A stretch of 64,000 nucleotides of DNA from NCBI GenBank assembly GCA_043228905.1, contig JBHGNT010000007.1, positions 9,982,001 to 10,046,000 on the forward strand. Direction: 5' to 3'. Position 1 is the stretch's first letter. Each line of letters opens with the position of its first letter. The translations under genes and the position numbers were made by a program. Shown one piece after another: positions 1 through 13,477 of this stretch. Under the pieces are notes generated by a model, which was given only the letters and a program-made list of their open reading frames with translations, was not told the origin of the DNA and did no database searches. This DNA is from Azolla caroliniana. Its lineage: Eukaryota > Plantae > Polypodiophyta.

Positions 1-3000
1 AACATAGATTGGAGAACAAGAGACGTCCGGCATCGACAACCCCAAGAATCTACTCATCGAGTTTCGACCAGTTCATTACGTGAATTACGTGAAGAAGGAC
101 ACAAGGAGGCAATGTTCCTATTTGCAATATCAATACATCCTTCCAACGCTATTAAGGAGGAATCCTTAGTGCAACTTCTGGCGAAATATCATCCTTATGA
201 CGATGTATTTGACAAGGTAAAGGCTGGTACTCTTCCTCATCATCATCCCTATGATTGTCCCATCGATTTACAACCAGGAGCAGAGCCAGCATGGGGACCA
301 ATTTACAACTTGTCACCCACCGAGTTAGAAGTCCTTCGAGCCTACAAAGAGGAGAACTTGGCAAGCGCGTTTATTCGTCATTCGAAATCTCCGGCCGGTG
401 CACCCATCTTCTTTGTCAAGAAGAAAGATGGCTCACTTCGTCTCGTCGTTGATTATTGCGGCTTGAATAAAGTCACCATCCGGAATAGGTATGCACTTCC
501 TCTTATATCAAGTCTTTTAGAGCTAGTTAATGGTGCCAAGTTTTTTACAAAAATCGATCTACGAGGAGCGTATAACCTCATGCGGATCCGACCGGGAGAT
601 GAATGGAAGACCGCCTTTCGCACGCAGTATGGGCATTTCGAATATACTGTTATGCCATTCGGTCTAACCAATGCACCCACAGTCTTCCAACACATGGCCA
701 ATGATATATTCAGAGACCTCTTGGATATCTGTTTGATCATGTATCTGGATGATCTATTGATTTATTCGAAGACCAAGGAAGAGCACGATTCTCATGTACT
801 ATTAGTACTAAAACGACTCCGCGAGAATGATCTTTATGCCAAGCTAGAAAAATGTAGCTTTGAGTGCAAGCAAGTGGAATTTCTAGGCTACGTCATCTCC
901 TCAAAGGGCATCTCCATGGACCCAGCTAGAGTGGCAAATTCCACGGTCGGTACGAGATGTACAACTTCTACCGCAAGTTTATACAGGATTACTCGAAGAT
1001 TATTTTACCTCTCACACAACTTACGAAGAAGGGACAAGCATTTCTTTGGTCCAATGAAGCGGACATGGCTTTTCGGCATCTTAAGAAAGCCTTTACATCA
1101 GCTCCTATTCTAGCTCATGTGGATACAAACAAACCATTCATCATGGAAGCCGACGCATTGGATTTCGCCCTCGATAGCATCCTTTCTCAACAAGGAGATA
1201 AAGAAGAGTTACATCCTGTGGCTTTCCATTCGCGCAAATTCGATGTCGTGGAAATCAACTACGAAATACATGACAAGGAGTTATTAGCCATCGTGGATTC
1301 CTTTGTGCAATGGCGGCATTTCTTAGAGGGCTCTCCACATCAGATCATTGTCTTTAGCAATCACAAAAATCTTGCTTATTTCCAGAATGCTCGGGTGCTA
1401 AATCGACAACAAGCTCAGTGGGCTCAATTCCTCACGCGTTTTGACTTCAAAATCACATATCAATCGGGGAAGCAGCAAGGAAAAGCACATACACTATCAC
1501 GATGTTCATATCTTGCACCTCGTCCTGGTGATCCAGCGTTTGATAATCAAAAGCAAGTAATCTTGGGACCAACACGATTGCACACAACGCGGATTTTTCA
1601 CACCCCAATGGATTCCCGGATTACTGATGCCATACGTGCGAACTTGAAGACAGACAATTTTGCTCAAGACATTCTAGCGCACATTGATACCTCTCGGGCA
1701 TCATGTTCCCAATCTCAACAACTAGGTATGGACTACCGACAATTCAAATATCATGATGGTTTGTTATTCTTTAAAAAGCTTGTATATGTCCCCGATTGCT
1801 CCTGTCGCCTTCAAATTGTCCAACATTGTCACGACACCCATACGGTGGGACATTTCGGTAGTACTAAGACGTTGGATCTTGTTCAACGATATTTTTGGTG
1901 GCCCCATATGCAACGTTTTGTCGACGACTACGTTCGGACTTGTGATGCTTGCTGCCGAGCAAAGATGCCCCGACACCATCCATATGGCTTGTTGGAACCC
2001 TTACCAATTCCAAGTAAGCCGTGGCAGTCTATTTGTCTTAATTTTATCACAGATCTACCAGTCTCGAAGGGGTTCGATGCTATCTTAACCATCATCGATC
2101 GATATACTAAGATGGCACATTTTGTGCTGTGTACTAAGGTCATCAGTAGCGAGGAAACCACCGCCCTTGTCATGCGTGAGGTATTTCGGCATCATGGCCT
2201 CCCAGACAGTATCATTAGTGACCGAGGACCTCAATTCATCTCCAAATTTTGGCAGCATCTCTTCAAGATGCTCAAGGTCTCTTGTAACCTCTCCTCCAGC
2301 TACCATCCCTAGACCGATGGGCAGGCGGAACGAACAAACCAAACGCTGGAACAATATCTCCGGTGTTTTTTGAGTTATCAACATGACGATTGGGCCAAGA
2401 TTCTCCACTTTGCGGATTTTGCATATAATAATGTTGTTCATTCCTCGACTAGGGTCTCCCCATTTTACGATTATACCGATTCTCATCCTCGCTGGTCGGT
2501 GATTGACACCCTAGAGCTACCTACAAATCCTCGTGCCGAGGATCATTTGGAGAGGCTACACAAGATCCAGATGGATCTCTCTACTCATCTTCGTCATGCT
2601 CAACACACATAGAAGACTTATGCGGATCGTCATCGGCTTCCCTCCTCTTTTGCCATTAGAGATCGAGTATGGCTCTTACGTCGTCACATCAAGACTACTC
2701 GACCGTGCGACAAGTTGGATTATCGACGACTCGGTCCTTTCCGTATTACTAGTAAGGTTAATGATGTCACGTTCCGCCTTGATCTCCCTCCGCATCTTCA
2801 GATACATCCAGTTTTCCATAGCTCTCTTCTTGAACCTTATAAAGCAAACACTATTCCCGATCGTGTTACACCACCGCCGCCCCCGCTTGAGTTGGAAGTC
2901 GGCCCGGAGTATGAAGTTGTTGTCGTCCTCAATTCCAAACTTGTTCGCAACAAACTTTATTATTTGATGGATTGGCTTGGCTATAGTCCGAGCGAACATA

Positions 3001-3582
3001 CTTGGGAACCCGTCGAGCATGTCGCCAATGCTCAGGATCTTCTTCCTGAGTTCCACCGAAAGTATCCGGACAAACCCGGTCCACAATCAGCACCGACTCG
3101 TTCCACTCGTCGTCTTAAGGGGGAGATAGTGTCATGATATGGCTATCACGGCAAGACTCGAACCCATGAACTTATGTTATATGGGTTGAGCTCTTGACCA
3201 TTATACCATATATTGTAATACGTAGGATATTATGTTCATTTAAGTTTTATTATAGGAAATTAATGTATATTCTAGATTTCTCAGGAACATTCTAGAAGCT
3301 TCAGGATTACTCCTGAGAACACTATAAAAGAAGGCACTAGGCATTATTTTGAACCAAATTGGTTCAACGCCAGTCTTAAGCCTCATAGACCTTTTGTACT
3401 TACTCTTCACATAATATATCCTCTGTTATCATCATCATCATCTCTCTCTCTCGTCCTCGCTATCTCTCTCCTCTTCTCTCTTCCTCTCTCGGGAGTCTTA
3501 CGCAGTCTCGTCCTCTTAGTACTAATAGTACTTCCCTTTTTTCAATACTAATTCTCTCTCTTTTTTAGTACTATTCCTGACA
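1..3582 (+). mobile_element. Ty3/gypsy chromovirus LTR retrotransposon, 3' part (RT-RNaseH-integrase-chromodomain, PPT, 3' LTR); decayed
   Basis: RT motifs (LRLVVDY, KIDLRGAY, PFGLTNAP, YLDDLLI) in 112-1113; RNase H and HHCC integrase in 957-2312; chromodomain (EYEV...YLMDWLGYSPSEHTWEP) in 2715-3137; frameshifts and stops; PPT AAGGGGGAGATAG just before 3130. Confidence 0.95.
3130..3582 (+). repeat. 3' LTR of chromovirus (TGTCA...TGACA)
   Basis: Follows PPT, inverted termini, TATAAAA near 3323, homologous to 13307-13792 in reverse. Confidence 0.85.
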
Positions 3583-4096
3583 CTACCCTAGACACTAACA
3601 CTATGATCCGACCTCAAGTTGAGATTGAGGGGGAGTGTTGAGCGAGCAAGCTCAACCAGATACGGATCGGCTGGATAAGCCAAACCCAGATCATATCCAG
3701 ATCGGTGTCCAGATAGTATCCAGAACCAGGAGTTGGATCGGGATAGGGGAGCCGGATCAGAGAGTCGGACCCACATGTATACCGGTAGGCCATTTAGGGG
3801 TCTATGCTTCTGGACTACTAGGTAGTCATGGTCCTTGTAGTTAGTGTCAACCGCTCGTATGAGCATTGAAGTACATAGTACTTCTGTCAGTCCCTTGTGG
3901 ACTTGTATAAAGAGTGCTCACTGAGCACATCCTATGTACAGAGTATTACTTTTTGAATATAGTTTTTTCTATTATGCTCTCTTTGTCTCTCCCACTCTCT
4001 ATCTGTGTCTTGTAAGGTTTCCATTAAACTTGTACTCTCTCTGTTGCTATCTAGCTGAACCGGTTTGTCATAAGCTTTCGCATATTAACTTTTACA
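3583..4096 (+). mobile_element. 3' tail, PPT and 3' LTR (3636-4096) of a copia element interrupted by the upstream gypsy
   Basis: GAGATTGAGGGGGAG PPT followed by TGTTGAG...TTTACA, the same terminal style as the other copia LTRs in this window. Confidence 0.65.
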
Positions 4097-5636
4097 GAAA
4101 ACAATAGAGAAAACTGAAAAAAGAAGACAAGGTCAGAAAAATCTCACCTTCGAAAAAGAATATAGCTTCAACATCTGGAACAAGAGTTGAAATTTGAAAA
4201 TTCGATGGCAAAAGTTTTGCCTTGTGGAAGGAGATGATGCAATATGTGTTGATCATCAGAAGACAAGTCGAAGTCATTCGACATAGCGAAAAACCCACTT
4301 CAATGACATCCGAAAAGTGGAGATCCATAGACGAAATCGCGCTCCATTATCTGAATGCATTTGGCCAAGAATGTTTACTTCAACATGGCCAAGGAGACAA
4401 AAACTTTCTCGTTATGGGAGAAGTTGCAAGCAGTGTACGAAAAGAAGTCCTCCTAGTTGAAACTCATATTGATTCGACAACTATTCAATATGAAGATGAG
4501 AGAGTTAGACCCAACAACCTCTCACATCAACACCTTCAGTACCCGTTTTTTGGAATGTCCTCCCAAGGGATTAACTTCGAAGAAGAAGTTAAAGCCCTTG
4601 TCCCCCTGTCGAGCTTGCCGGCGAGTTGGGAAGTCTTATGTACGACATTCGCCAATAACCTTAGGCTAAATCTGGATGAAACAATCAGCCAAATCCTCAC
4701 TAAGGATATTCGACGAAAATTGATGGGATTCACCATCGACGAATTGGCAGAAGCCCACCAATCAACTGAGTCCGTCAACTGACACAATCGTTTGAGTGAA
4801 CAAATGACAAAAATGGTTGAAATCATAGTCGATCAAAAATGAGGGGAGACCGACAGTGGTCAAAGTCGAGAATGATGCGAATGTAGAAAAGCCAGCCACA
4901 ATGTTTCCGATTGCTGGTCGATCAAGAAGAAAGAGAGTGGTCTGCGATCCAAGCGGAATCGAGGATGATCAGACTCGAATCACTCTCCAGTCGGCAACCA
5001 AGTCAATGTTGTCAAGACCCAATCGGGGGAAATCCTCTCCTTAGAGGACTTGATGATCGAAGAAGTCCTCTGTAGTGCGTAAGACGCACACACATGGTTG
5101 CTGGATTCCGGCGCCACATTTCACGTAACCCCGAACATCAAATGGTTTTCAAACTATTCAGCCGATGATGACGACATAATCCGACTCAACAATGGGCAGG
5201 AGTGTATAATTGTAGGAATTGGGTAGGTCCCCATCCGTTTGCCGGATGGAAACATGATCACCCTACTTTAAGTTTGGCACGTTCCAATCTGAAGAGGAGT
5301 ATGGTCTCCATTGGCATGCTAACCGAAGACGGGTATCGAACGACTCTCAATGAGTTTCCATGGATGATCAGCCGAGGAAATCTAAGAATCGGAAGCGGGC
5401 ACAAGTACAATAACTTGTACCCAATGACGGTGATAAATCTAGAAGGGGTTGTGAATGTAGCCGAAAAGACCAACCCGAACTTATGGCATGCCCGACTCGG
5501 CCATATGTCTCAAGCCAGACTCGATCGATTGATGGCGGTTGGCGACATTCCGAAACTCCAAGAAAAGAAGGACTTTTGTGATCATTGTCGATATGGGAAA
5601 CAGACTTGAAGTTTGCACTCTCTCCATTATGAGACG

Positions 5637-8600
5637 TGTTGAGAGTCCAACTCAACTTCCCATAGATAGGTTTCACACTAGCTCATGGACATGTTGGGCT
5701 AGTTTTGTAAATAGTAGAAAGGGCACTTGCCCTAGCTTAGTTGGTATATAAACCAACACATTGTAACTTAGTTACTGTTGGATGTTTTATGTTTGATGTA
5801 TTTTTGGTTAATATACAATTTTTCTATCTCTGCCTTAAGAGCTCTCTCTGTCTCTCCCTCTGTTGCCTCTCACACACACTCTCTCAAAATCATCTTCCGT
5901 GGATTGCAATCACTCTTGCCTCCCATTCCGTTACATGGTATCAGAGCGTGTGGTTGCCTAATTAAGCCTATTCAACTGTGTTGTGTTGCACTCCGACGAT
6001 CAACAAAACTGGCCCATCAATAGAGAAGAAATCACCATGAATACTCAAATGGGAAGCACTCTTCCTACCGAGAAGCTCGACAAAATGAATTTTTCATCTT
6101 GGGAATACAAGATGCATCAATACCTTGTCGGACAAGGCTACTGGAGCTACATCGAAGGAGCTCACGAGTCACAACCCAACCCAATAAACGCCGACTATCC
6201 CGCTTGGGAGCAGGCCGCAAGCCGTGTGTTGTATTGCCTTGCATCATGCGTTCATGAACATATGCTTGGCTACATTCGAGAGGCAAAAACACCGAAGCAA
6301 GCGTGGGAAAACCTCAAGAAGATTTTCGCAGCCAATACGGCAGCACGAAAGCTCCAACTTCGACAGGAGCTGAACAATCTTCAACAAAGGAACATGTCAA
6401 TCGACAACTACACCTTAAAGATCAAGGAGTTGTGTGATGCTCTTCGATTGATCAATGTTAGCATTGACGACGAAGAAATGATGCAGATATGCCTCGGTGG
6501 CTTGGCACCGCGATTTGGCATAATAAGATCGGCCGTTCTCGTGAGAGAGAATCCTCCCTCCTTTTTTGATCTCCAATCATTGTTGCTAGTTGAAGAGAAT
6601 CATATGCGTCAAAGGAACAATGTGCATGAAGGACAAATGCTATATTCGAACTTCGATGGAGGAAGAGGACAAAGCCGTGGAAGGAGAGGTTGATTCGGCC
6701 AAGGCCGACACAACCAAGAGCGTAATTCCCACCAATGGCAAGCAGACAGAAACGGCCCCGGAGAGTTCGGTGGAAGGGGGAGTCATCATGCTAGACCAAG
6801 CAACCGTAGGAACCTAGTTGAGTGTGGGTACTGCGGAAAACCCGGCCACTACGAAGAGGAGTGTCGGAAGAAGAAGCGTGAGCAAGGCCAACAACTAACA
6901 AATTACGCCACGAACTCTGACTACGGCGAATGCGGCAGAATGTTCATAATGAAGCACGAAGCGCACTCAATGTCCGCACTTGCGTCAACTACCGATTCCA
7001 CTCCGAACAACGTATGGTTTGTCGATTTGGGAGCATCCGATCACATGACGTCCCATGAAGATTGGTTTTGGGAACTATGGAAGCCCGAACGTCCCAGATA
7101 TGTCGAAATAGGAGATGACACGACTCACCCAATACAACATATCGAGAACGTCCCATTCAGAAACGACGGCAAACAGACCTACCTCAAGAACGTGTTGCAT
7201 GTCCCCACTATTATGAAAAACCTAGTCTTGGTTGGCTAGATTGTCGAACAAGGAATGCAAGTACGCTTCAATAACGATGGCTGCTTCATTGAAAAAGGTG
7301 ATCAAGTCATAGCTCACGGTTGTCGTGAAGGCCGTATGTTCATCCTCGATTCGAGCGAGGTAAAGTCGGCCATGTTTGCAAAGGGCCAGAAAGTCAACAC
7401 CGACTTGAAACTGTGGTACAAGAGAATTGGCCACATCAATCTCCAAAAGCTCCAGAACATGCAATCGAAAGGAGTCGTAATCGGACGAAGTTGTACGAGC
7501 CATGATGAACGAGAGGAACCTGCTGAAATCATATTGGGCAGAAGTGGCAAATACGGTCGTATATCTCATGAATAGGTGCACAACCTCGGGAGTACACGAT
7601 ATAACTCCGCATGAGAAATTCTTCGGAAAGAAGCCGGACTTGTCACATGTCCGCATTTTCGGTTCTATCGCCTACGTACATATTCCAGACGATACGCGTC
7701 AAAAGCTTGACCCAAAGTCGGAGAAATGTATCCTCGTAGGATACTCACTCGAACAAAAGGGGTACAAATGCTACAACCCATCTACTTGTAAGGTTCGAAC
7801 AAGTCGAGACGTAGTCTTCGACGAATACGCATTCTGGTACGCACCAGAGAATACTTCGACTCCAACCCCGCTCGACGCGGATGACACTGAAATAGAAATA
7901 GAAGTTGAGGATTGGCTCACACAGACGTTAGAAGACAACCCAATTACGACACGATTGAGTGGGCCATCAAAGCCGCCAAGCGATGAAAGCACATCTCGGC
8001 CAAGTCTGGAGCTGGACAAAGGGGAGGTGAAAATGTGGGAATATGAAGATCAGGAAGAGACCGAGATGCTTCACTCTCTTGATAGTGACTTTGAAGATCT
8101 CGACATCCGCATAGATGGAGCGAAGAAAGCCATACTCCCCATGGATTGAGAGCTACGCCGATCCACACGTGAAAAGAACCCCGTAAACCGTTGTCGTGCC
8201 TCCAGATCGTTGCGTGAGTCAGGTGGGAACCACTGAGGTTTTGGACTAGGAGAAAGAAGAATACAATATAAGGCTAGTTATAAATAGGTAGAAAGAGAAG
8301 TAAGAAATAAAAGTTGTGAATCCCACGTGTTTAGTGTATTTAATCAATATTTAGATCGTAAGAAAGAGAATTTTGATGATAAACTCGTGAATCCCACGAA
8401 TATATTAGATTGATCAATCCTTGTAAAAATAATCAACAACCCCATACATCTTTCTCTCCTCCTTATATAAGGATGGAAGAGGCTAAGCATAACTTCACGC
8501 TTTTTCTAAAGTGTTCATGCACACTAAATGTGCATGAGTTGCTTTTACACTATGCTTTTATTTCCTAAATATAGTGCTCATGCTCACTACATGTGCACGG

Positions 8601-11090
8601 GTAATTTTTTATTGGTGTACATTTTTCTTATAAATAAAGTATTCACGCATTCTAAAAAATGCATGACTTACCTTTTAATAAAGGTGGGCGTAAATAAAGG
8701 TCTTATACGTATTAAATCTATATTTAAAACACTTAGGATAAGTTAGTACAATGGTAAGGTTGGGGTTTGTCCACGTGGAGGTACAAGGTTCGAATCCTAT
8801 TTTGTGCATGTAATGATCTTTTCTTCTATTTACAAATTTGTCTCTGGTGAGAGACTCTCACCGGCCTTCCTTATCCGGTTCTGCTTGATCCGGTTCTTAC
8901 CGGGTCTCCTTACCGGTTCCTCCTTCATCCGGTTCTCACCGGTTCTCCTTACTGGTTCCTCCTTATCCCTTATGGAGAGACAAAAATGCATTTTTCACGT
9001 AGTGTGCAAATTACACTACGACACCGCTACGGCTACGACAAGTACATGGCGTATCACTACGCTTTTATGATGAAAGTAGCATTGGTACGGGAACCGGAAA
9101 CGCTTTCCGAAGCCGCAAAGGATCCACGATGGGTCGATGGGATGAATGAGGAGATGGAAGCTTTATGCAAAAACGAGACATGGGATCTCGTTCTGCTCCC
9201 CCTCGAACAAGAAAGCGATTGGATGCAGATGGATATACAAAGTAAAATACAATGCCTACGGATCCGTAAATCGCTTCAAAGCATGGCTCGTTGCAAAAGG
9301 CTACGCACAAACGCACGACATAGACTACGAAGAAACCTTTGCCCCGGTGGCAAAGATGACAACTATACATACAGTAATTGCACTCGCCGCAGCGAAGGGA
9401 TGGCACCTCCACCAGATGGACGTGAAAAATGCTTTCCTCCAAGGACGGTTAGAAGAGGAGGTGTACATGATACAACCACCTGAATTCAAATCGCGTAAAC
9501 ATCCGCATGCCGTATGCCAACTCAAGAAGCCACTCTACGGCCTCAAACAAGCACCGCGTGCTTGGCATTCGAAGATCACGCAGTATCTTCATCAAGTCGG
9601 ATTTTGGATGTCAAAATCCAATACTTCTCTGTACATTCAAAATGAGTCGGATAGCCCGATCATCATCATCCTATACGTGGATGACTTGGTCATCGGAGGA
9701 AAGGATCTCGTCGAGATCAACAAAGTCAAAACACTTCTCTCTGGTAGATTTGAAATGAAAGACCTACATGAACTCCATTACTTCCTAGACATTTAATTAA
9801 TTCGGACACCAGTCGGGATAATGATCTCACAACGGCACTACGTCCTCAACTTACTCTACAAGTTCGGAATGACCGAGTGCAAGCCTGTGTCTACCCCTCT
9901 CGATCATAACCTAAAGATTGATGCCAATTCCGGAGCCGCTGAGAGCGAGCCGACTCAGTATCGACAACTGATCGATAGTTTGATCTATCTAACCATTACG
10001 CGACCCGACCTTAGTTATTTGGTCGGCCTACTTGGCCAATTCATGCAGAATCCGCGAAACCTTCATCTTGATTGTGCTAAGAGGATACAACGGTATTTAG
10101 TACGACAATGGCTTACGACATCATGTATAAGTCGAACACAACTATTCTACTCGAAGGGTACACCGACATGGACTGGGCATGCTATAAAGCGGATAGACGA
10201 TCCACCTCCGGATTTGTCTTCTCCCTCGGCAGTGGAGCAATCTCTTGGAGCAGCAAGAAACAGCTGACAGTTGCATTGTCGAGCATGGAAGCCGAATATA
10301 GGGGCGCAGTAGTCGTCGCATGCGAAGACGTCTGGCTTAAACACATACTAAATGATCTGGACGTTCCCATCAAGGATCCAGTTCGTCTCTACTGCGACAA
10401 CATGAGCAGTATCTACTTGGCGCGGAACCCCGTATTCCACGTGCGGACTAAACATATAGAAGTGCATTACCACTTCATCCGTGTGCGGGTACAGGCCGGC
10501 GAGATCGATCTAAAACATACCAATACGCACCTCCAAGTTGTTGATATATTTACGAAGGCCTTAGGAGTCGACAAGCTCGGGCAATTTGCATCGGACCTTG
10601 GTCTCACAACATCTACATTGCCTAACTTGAGGGGGAGTACAGGTACAAGCGACATGGAAGCAATACGCAACGATACACAACACATATGCAATTGATCGAG
10701 TACGCGAGTACACAACACAGCCGACTAGACAAGTCAAAGTACAAACCGAACAACCTTCTCGACAGATAGAAGTTGTGTTAGTAGGGGTGTGTTGAGAGTC
10801 AAACTCAATTTCCCATAGATAGGTTTCACACTAGCTCATGGACATGTTGGGCTAATTTTGTAAATAGTAGAAAGGGAACTTGCCCTAGCTTAGTTGGTAT
10901 ATAAACCAACGCATTGTAACTTAGTTATTGTTGGATGTTTTATGTTTGATGTATTTTTGGTTAATATACAGTTTTTCTATCTCTACTTTAAGAGCTTTTC
11001 TCTCTCCCTCTGTTGCCTCACACACACACACACACACTCTCAATCATCTTCCGCTGCATTGCAATCACTCTTGCCTCCCATTCCGTTACA
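5637..11090 (+). mobile_element. Ty1/copia element 'copia B' with both LTRs (5637-5935, 10790-11090), PBS-Met and near-perfect TSD; integrase core deleted
   Basis: TGTTGAGAGTC...CCGTTACA at both ends; PBS TGGTATCAGAGC 5936-5947; flanks AGACG/ATACG; gag, CCHC knuckle, PR, RT (YVDDL) and RNase H motifs. Confidence 0.95.
8192..9023 (-). mobile_element. Solo LTR inserted in copia B
   Basis: TGTCGT...ACGACA inverted termini; interrupts the host NPVNR|YGYDKY coding stretch; imperfect CCG(C)T duplication; internal CCGGTT repeat cluster 8860-8965; strand inferred by analogy to the other gypsy LTRs. Confidence 0.8.
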
Positions 11091-13306
11091 ATACGGTACG
11101 ACAACCCCTAGAGCCAAAAGACCTTTCCATACACACCCATGCAAAATGGATTTGTTGAACGAATCAACCGAATGATCTAGGAGAGGGTGACAACAATGCT
11201 CTAGCAAGCCGAACTAAAGCTGGAGTTCTGGCCCGAAGCATTGGAGATGGCAATATATCTTATCAATCTATTACCGTCGAAAGAAATAAGGCTCGAAGTG
11301 CCACAAGAACTATGGTCAAGCAAACAACTGACCTATGATAAGCTTCGAATTTTCAGATGTGAAGCTTACACATTTATCCCCAAGGAGAAAAGGACCAAGT
11401 TGGCACACCATGCAACAAAATGCATATTTCTCGATTATGGAACCGATGGGGATTTTGGCTATTGGCTATGGGACCCAAAGAATCAGAAATTGATCCGAAG
11501 CGGAGACGTAGTCTTCAACAAAGACTCTATCATCTCAGACGGAACCAACAGAAAATAGTCAGCAAAAAGTTCTCTTTCGAAGTTGATGGAGATACCGTGG
11601 AAGGTCTCTTTCAGATCTTTGACAAATAGTTGAACTCAACCAAGCCGACAATACACCTGCCAACTCCAAATCGGTAGGAGGTCCACTAGTCGAACTCGAA
11701 GACAAAGCCAAATCGACAAGAGTCAAAAAAGGCAAAGTTGACAAGGTGCGAGTCGGAAACGATAGAGTCGACCTAACCAAAACACCCAAGGCCAAAAGGA
11801 CAAACAAACCCGAGTTGACTAAGTCCCCTACCTCCATGTCAATCAATCCCGAAAATGGGGAGGATGATTCGAAGATGCCGAAATCTTATCAAAGGGGTGC
11901 ATCATCCCGAAGGACTCTTGAAGACGATCTAAGTAATTCCAGTTGGCCATCCAAACCACTTGAAGCAGTGGAACCGATCCATATGGTAGCTAGGAGATCC
12001 AGACGAGTTTGAAAACCGACAGAGTTATATCAACCGGGCCTCGACTACATTAACTACACTAATACAGGCGAACCAAACACATACGAAGAAGTTATGGCTG
12101 CATCAAATGCCAACACATGGCTACAAGGCATGCAATCCGAGATGGACTCGATTCATAAGAATCAGACATGGAGTCGGTCGAACTACTAGCCGGAAGGAAG
12201 TCACTACCCTGTAAATGGGTTTTTCGGTACAAATATGTATCTGATTCAAAAAAACCCAAATACAAAGCTCAGCTCGTCGCGAAGGGCTTCAAGGAAGAAC
12301 ATGGAGTCGATTAGGACGAGATATTTTCTCATGTAGTCAAGATGACCACCCTTCGACTCGTACTCGGGGTCGTGGCAACAGAGGACCTAGAGCTTGAACA
12401 ACTCGACGTAAAGACGACATTCCTACATAGAGACTTGGAAGAGGACATTTACATGTCCCAACCGATAGGCTTCTTGGCGACGGGGGAGGAAACTAACCTC
12501 GTATGTCAATTGAAGAAAAGCCTATATGGCTTAAAACAAGCACCAAGGATGTGGTACCAAAAGTTGGACTCCTACATCCAACAACTCGGCTACAACCGGT
12601 CCAACTCTGACCCATGTTTATATACTCAACAATTGGCCGACGAGTCCCGATTTATATGATCCTATATGTCGACGACATGCTGATTGCAAGGAGTAATCAA
12701 GCCGAAATCATAAAGTTAAAGGGGGGCCTTCACGACAAGTTCGCGATGAAGGAACTCGGACCAGCCCGACACATACTGGGCATGAGGATCGAGCAAAATC
12801 AAAAGACGAAGAATCTCCAACTCTCCTAGTCCAACTACATCCGAAAGGTGCTGAGGCGCTTCAACATAGAGAACGCGAAGCCAACACCAACACCGCTTCC
12901 GATGTCAATCCGACTATCGAACAAAGACTCTTCTTCAACAGATAAGGTGAGAGAGCTCAATGGAAAGATACCCTACGCATCGGCATAAGGAAGTATCATG
13001 TACGCGATGGTGGCGATTAGACCTGATCTTGCATATGTCGTGGAGGTCGTCAACTAGTACATGTTGAACCCAGAATGGAAGCATTGTGAGGTTGTCAAAC
13101 ACATCTTCAGGTACCTAAAAGGAACCGAAGATGCACAACTAACTTTCGGATTGGCAAACCCGACCAAAGTCAAAGGCTACATCGACTACGACTATGTCAG
13201 GAATCCGGATAATCGGAAGTCAACATTAGGCTACATATTCACCTATAGTGGCGGAGCTTTATCATGGAGGTCAAAACTCCAAGAGTGCGTGACCCTGTCG
13301 ACCACA

Positions 13307-13408
13307 TGTCAAGAACAATACTAAGATAGAGGAGTATTGTCAGGAAAAGTACTAAGACTGAGAAGGAATTAGTACTAAAAGATGAGGATTAGTACTAAGG
13401 GAGGTGTA

Positions 13409-13477
<69 letters not shown>

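Larger units (their letters stand above)
4162..13306 (+). mobile_element. Ty1/copia (Tnt1-like) gag-pol pseudogene, 'copia A', split by the 5637-11090 insertion and cut at 13306 by a gypsy
   Basis: gag (KFDGKSFALWK, SLPASW), protease WLLDSGA near 5100, LWHARLGHMS; resumes at 11096 with integrase (NGFVERINR, KCIFLDY), RT (QLDVKT, SLYGLKQAPRMW, YVDDML) and RNase H (SWRSKLQECVTLST); many stops. Confidence 0.9.
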
